DNA of 64,000 nucleotides, taken from Mobula hypostoma. Taxonomy: Eukaryota. Of the stretch, positions 1 through 10,365 are shown in pieces. Numbering within the stretch: position 1 is the first letter of the stretch; every line of letters starts with the position of its first letter. The notes under the pieces are model-generated. The model did no database searches and was not told the origin of the DNA. It worked only from the letters and a program-made list of their open reading frames with translations. Location: contig NC_086100.1 of assembly GCF_963921235.1 (NCBI RefSeq), forward strand, positions 203,982,001 through 204,046,000, in the 5' to 3' direction. The position numbers and the translations under genes are program-made.

Positions 1-229
1 ATAAAATAATGGAATTGATAGAATAGAATTGCTGACGTCAGCTATGCAGGTCGCGTTAGCCTTTCATCTTGTAACTAACGAGATGCAGAGACGATGCGAT
101 TCCAGCCACGGAAGCCCAGCTCCTTTCACTGTTATGTTTTCTTTATCTGATGAAGCATTCCGAACTTGACTCCGGCAAGATATCTTTCCAAACTAGACAT
201 TAAAGTAAGATATTAAAATTTGTCTTTCT

Positions 230-655
230 TGTGGGTCTGAGAAAAGGGATTTCGCGGTCTTCTGTCGGCTAGAAATGAAGAGAGAGGACGCGAGTGCAGG
301 GAGTTTGTGGACCGCCGGACGGAGTGGACTGGGAGCGAACGTCCAAAGGTCACCAACGCTCGGAGGAGGTCGATGGGGAACGAATGGACGAATCCCCGAA
401 CTCCAAGCTGCACATTAGATTGTTTCATTAAAATGGGCCCTTTTCGTTTTTTTAAAATTTTCTTTACTAACCGTATAGTACGATTAAGTTTTATAAAGTT
501 CAATCGTTTAATTGCATTTGGTGTACTCTCTGATATTTTGCTTTTCCGATTTGTAACCAGACAACGCATCCGTACCAAGGAGATTTCTCAGTCTGGCTGG
601 GCCAGAAGCTGTCTTCCCCTAGACAAACGCGTGCTGGCCGAACCTGAGGGTTACA
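230..655 (+). mobile_element. LTR of a Ty3/Gypsy retrotransposon (5' boundary uncertain)
   Basis: Ends in ...GGGTTACA (655), upstream of a gag remnant. 401-510 resembles 24051-24160 (shared CTCCAA.., CATTAAAATGGGCCCTTT, TTTCTTTAC.AACC), which follows a Gypsy integrase C-terminus. Confidence 0.55.
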
Positions 656-796
656 TTGTCGGGTAGCGTTTCGGGACTGATTGTGTTGGATGCTCTGTGA
701 TTTCCCTGAGTATTGAACCAGTGGGTTGTGTGTTTAAGTCTCTGCTGGGATGGATGCTGCCTCGGTAAAGCGGAGGTGTGCCTCTGTGGGGTTACC

Positions 797-889
797 GGTC
801 CTGACGAAGGGTCTCGGCCTGAAACGTCGACTGCGCCTCTTCCTATAGATGCTGCTTGGCCTGCTGCGTTCACCAGCAACTTTGACGTG
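797..889 (+). mobile_element. Penelope-like pseudo-LTR fragment with minimal hammerhead ribozyme motif (797-832)
   Basis: GGTC-CTGACGA-AGGGTCTCGGCCT-GAAACGTC-GACT; near-identical to the pLTRs of the Penelope element at 30938-33072. Confidence 0.8.
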
Positions 890-982
890 CGTGTTTGTAA
901 ACCGGATGAATTGCGAATTTAATTTTTGTGTACTGTTTGTGCTGTTGGCAAAGCTGAGCTTGTAGCGCGGAGGTTTGATACA

Positions 983-1860
983 ATGGCGTGCTCTGAACTT
1001 GTTTTAGCTCAGACGGCAGCTGACGGAACAGCGGTGGAAAAGCCTGCTTCTATTGGTGTCTCAGGTGAGGTCGGCCCGTGGTCCATCTATACTGTCACGG
1101 AGGAGGAGAAAGTAGCGGAGCGAGCCAAGTCAAAATCCTAGCTTCCCGTAACTGGGGGATGGGGTGGGGGTGGTGAAGATTTCAAAGACAGGATTCTATC
1201 GTTCCGAGGGGTCAGGGAAGGAATGGTCCGAATTGGAATGTCTAATTAATCCCAGTCCCTCAGTGAAGAGTCTGAGTTCTGAGTTAGCTTCAGCCCTTAC
1301 CTCTGTTGTGAATTAATGGTCCAATGGTCCCCACACGAAGCTTCGAAGGGGGAAGAGGAGCAGGGGACTTGGGCGGAGCAGATGAGTGACAGTGCTCTGA
1401 GGAGGTAAAGAGGAAGAGATTGGTTGAAAGTTTAAGCTGACGTGACGTGGTGAGAGCTGTGAAAACACACCAACGCTCAGCTAACATTGCGGATTATCTG
1501 GGCGCATTGGAGAGCGCCTTTGGTAGGACAGAGAGCCACTGGAGCTCATGACGTGGTTTCAGAACATGCGTCGTGTGAAGGGAGAGAAGCTTTCGGTTTA
1601 CCTTTCTCGGCTAGAGAGGCAGCTAAATTGTTTGCGGCGCAAAGGGGTTATTCAAGCGGCTGAGGTTGATAGTTCAGATAGCCGAGGGCGACCAGTCACA
1701 GGGCCTGACTGCTTGGGGTCTCCGACCGTCTCCCCAATCCCTCCTTTGTCGAATTGATCAGAGATGTACGGGAGGAGGACAACGCGTCGTAGGTGCGGAA
1801 CGGCGTCGTCAGCTGGGTAAATCCTCGGTAGCAACATGTTTTCTGAGACAGGATGAAAAT
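983..1860 (+). mobile_element. Degenerate Gypsy gag (PNMA/Ma-like capsid) remnant
   Basis: ORF 1548-1757 FQNMRRVKGEKLSVYLSRLERQLNCLRRKG resembles the PNMA/Gypsy capsid major homology region; upstream YLGALESAFG; stops and frameshifts. Confidence 0.6.
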
Positions 1861-2109
1861 CGCTTTTGTATTAACGACAAAGAAATGAAAAGATATTCCA
1901 GCAGAGCTAAAACGGAACGATTTGTCTCGAGAAAAAAACGCTGTGATTCTAATTCCTTTGATTCTATGTTGTAAATGACAAGTTAAGAAACTCAGCGTTG
2001 GGACATTTATAATGGCAACAGACTGAAACTTCCCCTTCGGGCATGAAATGCTAAGCAATTAAGTAGAATGACAGTACCTTTTCTGATCGGAAAACATGAG
2101 CGGCCGTAC

Positions 2110-2490
2110 AGTGTTTCATGTAGATATCATCAAGGGGTGAAATGTTCCACAGGATGTTTCTATGTTGGGAGAGTCTAAGACCAGAGGGCACAGTATCAGA
2201 ATGGAGGGAAGTCCTTTTAAAATGAAGATGAGGAGGAATTTCTTTTGCTAGGGAATAGTGAATCTTTGGAATTCTTTGCCAAAGGCAATTGTATAGGCTA
2301 ATTATTTATGGATATTTAAGGCAGAGTTTGATAGATGCTTTATTGGTCAGGTCATGAAGGGATACACGAAGAGAAGGCAGGAGGTTGCGGCTGAGAGGAA
2401 AATTGGATCAGACATAATGAAATCGTGGAGCAGACTTGATGGGCCAAATGACTTATTTCTGCTCTTATATCTTGTGGCCTTATGGTGGTA
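2110..2490 (+). mobile_element. CR1 LINE 3' fragment
   Basis: Degenerate C-terminal ORF2 (GESKTRGHS, RRNFF, VNLWNSLP) plus CTTATGG-type tail. Confidence 0.7.
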
Positions 2491-3995
2491 AAATTGAAAC
2501 TTATGAAAGAACACCAGAGCGAAAAGCTTCATTATCAGCAACTGTACTGTTAATATTGAAGAGGCATTTGGACCGATATAAAACACGAGTTAGTTTTCAT
2601 TTGAGGATATGAAATTGGAAGACCTGTTTGTCCAAGTCAACTGGAAAGTTCACCGAATGAGCTCCCATATTGTTGTTGTAGAGTCCCATTTTTATTTTTC
2701 TAAACATACAAGCTGCGACAGGGACACTCTATACGGCAATCTTTCTTTCATTGAACAACGTGACTGGCCATAGAGTATTTCCTGAATATATAACCAAAGC
2801 GAAGGAGTTCGCCATAGATTCTGGAATGGATGCTGGAATAAAGTAACTTGGGACTGGAGACAACAAAAACTCTTCCGACATGGTTTTTTTAGAGCTATAA
2901 TGAAAGCAAGGGTCTTCCTACACACAGGGACAGCGCCAATAGGACTTATTGTCATTTTATGTCGCTCGATTGTGTCGGTTATCAATTCATTTGCCGTAAA
3001 TGCAACGTGTCTTAAATCCAGCAAGGAAAATATGGAGACCGCATCATCAATGGATAAACTACCGCTTTTAGAGGTGATTTACCTTCCTACAACAGACACT
3101 GACTCTTGTACAATTTGCAGGATAAAAAAATAGAGCACAATGCAGTCAACAATGTATGAAAATAACACTCCTGTAAGAAATTGAAACAAAAATATCAAAG
3201 GAGAGAGGGGAAGTGGATCGGTACGTTAGTGGGAGAAATCCGTGTACTTCGTGTCATAACAGTGCAGTCCTATGTCTGAAAAAAAATTGTATTGGGTCTA
3301 TCTATGTTTACAGATATTTTTTCATTGAAACAGACTCCTTACATTATTCACAGATAACTTCGCTACTCCCATATCAGTTTAGATGTGGAAATGGTCTTCG
3401 GGATACAAAATTAATCAAATCGTTTACAATGTTATTTGTCACCCAAACTGACCACTATTGTGGCAACAACACTATCCGAAAGCAAGAAGGAGCTGTGAAC
3501 AATCCCCGTCCGGGAAAAAGATTATTGAGTTGAACAATCAGACTAAATGCCCTTCCTTAACCTCAGAATCTTAATGCGGTTCGCCCAGTGTTCAATTGAT
3601 AATTATTTGAGGGCGGTAGTGCACATTGTAAACATATTGACACTAAGGAGCACTTTATGTGAAACGCAACAACTCTGTGTCATAGAGAAAGAATGTACAA
3701 CGTTTTAGTTTGAAGGTTTGAATAGCCAAAATTAAACATAATTGTTATACTGTGATTTAACACCATAAATCACAATGGAGCGATGGAGCGATCTTCATTG
3801 CACGGTGACACAATTCATATAAATGAAAACAATCCTGCAGTGTTGGCTCAGTGGATTGTCACTGATGTGACTAACCACGTGATATGAATAATTGTGAGAG
3901 TGTACTTTCCTGTCCTGTATAAGAGCTTGTTAAGCGAACAACAGTAGATATCGACTGTTGGACCATTTTCAACTGATAACCAATTCACACTGAAA

Positions 3996-5985
3996 ATGGG
4001 ATATCCAGAAATTTACTACATCGCGAGTATCTACTATCCTGTACTAGCAGCGATTGGTATCCCTGGTAAGTAACTGGAAGTGGCTGCTTCTGTATGAGTG
4101 TGTTTATAACAGATCGTGTCACATCTGAAGAGTGTTTAAAGCCTGTTCAGGGGAACGTATATATTTTATTTTGTTCTTTCAGTTTTTTCTTATGGAATTG
4201 TTACACAATTCTCATGTCCGATCATTTTGTTAATAATAACAATTCATTGAATGTCAACGTTGAGACTGTTCTACTGTTTTACCTTACTCGACTTTCCAGA
4301 TTTACCATCATACATTGTACTAAATCTGATTCTGCATCAATATAGAAACTCAAACGTTTATTAAGACGAAGACAAAATCTGTACCATCGCTGCAGCTCTC
4401 ACGACGAGCTCCGTGGTTTTGCGGCACGCTACCGTTTCTTTTTTTTCTGTCTGTTTTAATGGAACACAATACCTTACTTTCTATTTATTTGTCTGAATGT
4501 CTTAGAAATTCCCGTGTAAAGCTCGTCTGTTTCACCTTGACCTTGTTCTTTGCCCAGTTTTAATTTATATAAATTAAGATTAAATAAGATTTAATTTATT
4601 TCTTACACCATCTCACAACATGAGTGAATAAAAATCTTTATGCTGCGTCTCCGTCGTAATGTACAAGATTCAAGTGCCACCTGTACATCGAAACATATAT
4701 CTAGCTATGCGGTTCCTCCACTTCAAAATGTTGTCTCGAATGGAACAGTCTCCATTAGTCCATTTCATTCCCACAATATATAAAACCTTAAGCATTCTCA
4801 GCTACAATGATGGGATGTCTAGAAGAGTGGGTCGATAAGCCTATCTGCTGTCAACTGGAAAGTTGCGGCTCAACGATTCTCTGGTCCGTCGATATCATCC
4901 AGTGGACAGTGACGGAACCCGAAGAAACAATATTTCTACTCTCCGAATAGAGTCTGCCTGGGCAGGCAGGGGATAAAATGTCTGAAGGTCACTCAATCTG
5001 ATTCAACACTTCTCTATGCATTTATATTGGGTAATACTAATCAGGATTTGTGCGTATTAACCTAACTCTTCTTTGGTTCCTTGCAGTTAACTTAGTGGCG
5101 ATTGTGATCCTGTCTCTGGGAAACTGCGGACTTTCTAAATGCATCTCTCGTTACCTCACTGGAATGGCATCAGCCGATTTAATGGGTATTATCATTGCTG
5201 TTGTACTAGATCAGCTCAATAATATTTATGTGTATGCCCCTCTTTTGTTCATTACACCGGTTTGCGCCGTGACGCTTGTCCTGAGGCTCGTAACCATGGA
5301 CTGTTCTATTTGGCTCACGGTGACTTTCACATTCGATCGCTGCGTTGCAATCTGTAGTCAGAAGCTGCAGGAACGATACTGCACCGAGAGGACAGCGACT
5401 ATTGTGATAGTAATCGTGGGTTTAGGAAGTTGTGCGAAAAGTGTTCCATTATATTTTATGTTAGAACCTTACCGTGTCATTGATAACGTACCCTGGCGAT
5501 GCATTATCAGAATAAATTACTTCACTGTACCAATGTGGAAAGCATACCAGTTGTTTAACACCATCACGACACCTTTATTGCCAATCGGCTTGATTCTGCT
5601 TTTTAATGCTTTAACAGTCAGTCACATTATCGCGGCAAACAGAGTTCGCCGGGGGCTCAGGAACAGCAGAGAGAAAAAGAATGATCCAGAGGTGGGGAAT
5701 TGGAGAAAGTCAGTAATTTTGTTGCTCGCTCTATCAGCCAATTTCCTATTGTTGTGGATCCCTTATATTGTATAAACTATGAACTGGCAACTTCAGAATT
5801 ACTCTTACACAGACAAATATTTCAATACCCCGACGTATATCCTGCAACAGTTTGGGTTTATGTTGCAGTTTCTCTCTACCTGCACCAACACGTGTATCTA
5901 CACTCTGTCACAGAGGAAAATCAGGGAGGAGCTGAAGGGTGGAGTCAAACATCTCATTAGGTCATATGGTCGGCTCTGTGGGTAA
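3996..5985 (+). pseudogene. GPR139-like class A GPCR, two exons (3996-4065, 5087-5985), in-frame nonsense codon at 5773-5775
   Basis: Exon 1 MGYPEIYYIASIYYPVLAAIGIP-G|GTAAGT; acceptor TTCCTTGCAG|TT gives phase-1 VNLVAIVILS. Motifs MASADL, CSIWLTVTFTFDRCVAIC, TPLLP, FLLLWIP, STCTNTCIY. The TAA is followed by same-frame continuation (ORF 5779-5985). Confidence 0.85.
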
Positions 5986-6169
5986 AACGGAAATCAAATT
6001 GTAAACTTTGACGGAATTTCAAATGCATTTGCATGTTATTTATAAGTCTGGTAAATGTGCCTCTGCTCCTGCAGCCAGACGGCCAAATGCTAGTAGTTTG
6101 TCAGTTCCAGTAAAGTCTGCAGAATTAATTCAATTCAAGAGACAACTCAAAAATCCTTTAAACATGATG

Positions 6170-6745
6170 TAATGATGCAAGGGCGTAATGTTGAATCTTT
6201 ATTAAACACTGTGGGGAGGACTTCACTTGGAGTATTCTGAGCAGTTTTGGGCCCCTTACCTTAGAACTGGATGTGCCCAACCCAGAGTGGTGTCAAAGGA
6301 GGTTCACGCAAATGGTTCCAGGACTAACTGGCTTGTCATATGAAGAGCGTTTGATTGCTCTTGCCTGTGTTCACTAGAATTCAGAGCAATGAGAGGTGAC
6401 CTCATTGAATCCTATCAGATGGATGTGAAGAGGATGTTTCCAAAGTTGGGAGAGTCTAAGTCCAGAGGGCATAGCCTCAGAAGAGAAGGACGTCATTTTA
6501 GAACAGAGTTGAGGAAGAATTGTTTTTAGCTAGAGAATGGCGAATTTGTGACATTCTTTGCCAGGGGCAACTATGGAGCCCAAGTCTGTATATACAGTAT
6601 ATTTCAGTCATATGTTGATAGATTCTTGACAAGAAATGGCACGAATAGGTATGGGGAGAAGGGAGGAGACCAGCACTGGGATGACAATTGCTCCAGCCAT
6701 GATGAAATGTTAGAGCAGATTAGATGGGTCAAATGGCTCAATCAC
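6170..6745 (+). mobile_element. Old CR1 LINE 3' fragment
   Basis: Degenerate LHLEYSEQFWAP, RGDLIE, GESKSRGHSL motifs and 3' UTR. Confidence 0.7.
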
Positions 6746-6753
6746 ACTCATGG

Positions 6754-9208
6754 TCTTTTGGAAAGGTGCAAAAATAACAGGGATGTTATCATGGGTGACT
6801 TTAACTTCCCTAATATTGATTGGCACCGGATTAGTTCCAAGGGTTTAGATGGGGCAGAATTTGTTAAGTGTGTCCAGGATGGATTCCTGACACAGTATAT
6901 GGATAGGCCGACCAGGGGGAATGCCATACTAGATCTAGTACTAGGTAATGAACCAGGTCAGCTCAAAGCTCTCTCAGTGGGTGAGCAACTGGGGACAGTG
7001 ACCACCGCTCCCTAGCCTTTATAATTATCATGGAAAAGGATAGAATCAAAGAGGACAGGGAAACTTTTAATTGGGGAAAGGCAAATTATGAGGCTATAAA
7101 GCTAGACTTGCGGGTGTGAATTGGGATGATGTGTTTGCAGGGTAATGTACTATGGTCGATGTTTAGAGATCTCTTGCGGGATGTAAGGGATAAATTTGTC
7201 CCGGTGAGGAAGATAAAGAATGGTAAGGTGAAGGAACCATGGGTGACAAGTGAAGTGGAAAATCTAGTCAGGTGGAGGAAGGCAGCATACATGGGGTTCA
7301 GGATGCAAGAATCAGATGGGTCTATTGAGGAATATAGGGAAGCAAGAAAGGAGCTTAAGAAGGAGTTGAGAAGAGCAAGAAGGGGGCATGAGAAGGCCAT
7401 GACGAGTAGGGTAAAGGAAAACTTCAAGGCATTCTTCAATTATGTGAAGAAAAAAAAGGATGACAGGAGTGAAGGTAGGACCGATTAGATATAAAGGTGG
7501 GAAGATATGCCTGGAGGCTGTGGAAGTGAGCGAGATCCTCAATGAATACTTCTCTTCGGTATTCACCAATGAGAGGGAACTTGATGACGGTGAGGACAAT
7601 ATGAGTGAGGTTGATCTTCTGGAGCATGTTGATATTAAGGGAGAGGAGGTGTTGGAGTTGTTAAAATACATTAGGACAGATAAGTCTCCAGGGCCTGACA
7701 GAATATTCCCCAGGCTGCTCCACGAGGTGAGAGAAGAGATTGCTGAGACTCTGGCTAGGATCTTTATGTCCTCGTTGTCCAGGGAAAAGGTACCGGAGGA
7801 TTGGAGGGAGGCGAATGTTGTCCCCTTGTTCAAAAACGGTAGTAGGGAGAGTCCGGGTAATTATAGACCAGTGAGCCTTGCGTCTGTGGTGGGAAAGCTG
7901 TTGGAAAAGATTCTTAGAGATAGGATCTATAGGCATTTAGAGAATCATGGTGTTATCAGGGACAGCCAGCATGGCTTTGTGAAGGGCAGATTGTGTCTAA
8001 CAAGCCTGATAGAGTTCTTTGAGGAGTTGACAAGGCATATAGATGAGGGTAGTGCAGTGGATGTGCTCTATATGGATTTTAGTAAGGCATTTGACAAGGT
8101 TCCACACGGTAGCATTATTCAGAAAGTTAGAAGGCTGGGATCCAGGGAAGTTTGGCCAGGTGGGTTCAGAATTGGTTTGCCTGCAGAAGGCAGAGGGTAG
8201 TGGTGGAGGGAGTACATTCAGATTGGAGGATTGTGACTAGTGGTGTCCCACAAGGATCTGTTCTTGGACCTCTACTTTTCATGATTTTTATTAACGATAT
8301 GGATGTGGGGGTAGAAGGATGGGCTGGCAAGTTTGCAGACGACACAAAGGTTGTTGGTGTTGTAGATAGTGTAGAGGATTGTCAAAGACTGCAGAGAGAC
8401 ATTGATAGGATGCAGAAGTGGGCTGAGAAGTGGCAGATGGAGTTCAACCCAGAGAAGTGTGAGGTGGTACACTTTGGAAGGACAAACTCCAAGGCAGAGT
8501 ACAAAGTAAATGGCAGGATACTTGGTAGTGTGGAGGAGCAGAGGGATCTAGGGGTACATGTCCACAGATCGCTGAAAGTTGCCTCACAAGTGGATAGGGT
8601 AGTTAAGAAAGCTTATGGGGTGTTAGCTTTCATAAGTCGAGGGATAGAGTTTAAGAGTCGCGATGTAATGATGCAGCTCTGTAAAACTCTGGTTAGGCCA
8701 CAGTTGGAGTACTGCGTCCATTTCTGGTCACCTCACTATAGGAAGGTTTCGAAGGAGTACAGAGGAGATTTACCAGGATGCTGCGTGGTTTAGAAAGTAT
8801 GCAATATGATCAGAGATTAAGGGAGCTAGGGCTTTATTCTTTGGAAAGAAGGAGGATGAGAGGAGACATGATAGAGGTGTACAAGATAATAAGGGGAATA
8901 GATAGAGTGGATAGCCCGCGCCTCTTCCCCGGGGCACCACTGCTCAATACAAAAGGACATGGCTTTAAGGTAAGGTGTGGGAAGTTCAAGGGGGATATGA
9001 GAGGAAGGTTTTTTACTCAGAGAGTGGTTGGTGCGTGGAAAGCACTGCCTGAGTCAGTGGTGGAGGCAGATACACTAGTGAAGTTTAAGAGACTACTGGA
9101 CAGGTATATGGAGGGATTTAAGATGGGGGCTTATATGGGACGGAAGGTTTGAGTGTCGGCACAACATTGTGGGCTAAAGGGCCTGTACTGTGCTGTACTA
9201 TTCTATGT
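6754..9208 (+). mobile_element. 5'-truncated CR1 LINE ORF2 (APE C-terminus + RT), frameshifted
   Basis: MGDFNFPNIDW, DKSPGPD, GNYRPVSL, YMDFSKAFDKVPH, GVPQGSVLGP, KFADDTK; CTATTCTATGT tail; possible 7-bp TSD CTCATGG (6747-6753/9209-9215). Confidence 0.93.
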
Positions 9209-9994
9209 CTCATGGAATGGCGGAACAGCTGATGGGCGAATGGCCATATTCTGTTCCTACGTCGTAGGGCCTTACCGCAGAAATTAGGTCAGGGACGAAG
9301 CAAAATCAGGCGATGCAAAGTGGAGGACTTAGGTACTGGAGGACAGAGGGCAGAGGCGTGTGGAGGAGGGCACTGAGTCCGTATCAGAATGGAGCGGGTG
9401 AGGTGGGGGACAGTTTTCACAGGGTAACACTGCACAGAAAAGGCGTGTTGCATAGGCTGACATCACTCACCAGAAATACATCACCTGGACATGTTTCCAT
9501 TTGTCTGTGGAAACACAAAGCAGTGTTAGAGCGGGAGCCGTTTACGTTCATTCATCAAGTTATCAGGGAAAATGCTCAGAGTGGTATTTTATCCCCGATC
9601 TAGTTTTGGAAAATAGCTGTGAATTTGCTTCTCTTTTCAACGCCAACCAGGATTTTCTTTTAGTTTTAATTTTCATCTTAATTAGAATGCCCACTCTGCA
9701 GAACCGTTGATTCTTATATCTTATGTCTGCTAATGTATTTAATTTAAACTTTCGCAAATTGCGGTTATCTTGGAACAGAACCCTACCAGCACTTCACACG
9801 GCACACGTGCTGAATTCTATAACAGTAAACAAGAGAATAATAAAAAGAGTCAGCGTCAAGAAGCAGTCCCACTGCGTCTTGACGGAGCATTGCTACCTCC
9901 ATTGCATTTTCTGTTCCGTCTACTTGATGTCCCCATACTTCAAACAGTCTAGATGGTGATGCAGAGGGAATTCAGGGAAGAGCGAAGGAATGGA

Positions 9995-10349
9995 CCATAA
10001 GACCATAAGACAAAGGAGCAGAAGTCGGCCATTCAGCCCATCGAGTCTGCTCCGCTATTTTATCATGAGCTGATCCATTCTCCCATTTAGTCCCACTCCC
10101 CCACCTTCTCACCATAACCTTTGATGCCCTGGCTACGCAGATACCTATCAATCTCTGCCTTAAATACATCCAATGACTTGGCCTCCACTTCTGCCCGTGG
10201 CAACAAATTCCATAGATTCACCGCCCTCTGACTAAAAAAAAAATCGCATTTCTGTTCTGAATGGGCGCCCTTCAATCCTTAAGTCATTCCCTCTTGTACT
10301 TGACTCCCCGATCATGGGAAACAACTTTGCCACATCCACTCTGTCCATG
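9995..10349 (-). mobile_element. CR1 LINE 3' end
   Basis: Minus strand FFSQRAVNLWNLLP...GYGEKVGEWD with (TCTTATGG) tail; same family as the 3' end at 30600-30925. Confidence 0.85.
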
Positions 10350-10365
10350 GAATAGAGTCAAACTT

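Noticed and set aside
619..879. Recurrent small ORF MLVNAAGQAAS.GRG.VDVSGRDP (also 18482, 30955, 42863)
   Set aside because: Antisense translation of the Penelope pLTR, not a protein family.
1548..1757. Domesticated PNMA-like host gene
   Set aside because: Surrounded by stops and frameshifts and preceded by an LTR; better explained as a decayed Gypsy gag.
5050..5086. ORF-track GTG start for the GPCR
   Set aside because: Intronic; the polypyrimidine tract and AG at 5085-5086 plus the upstream exon 3996-4065 explain the N-terminus.
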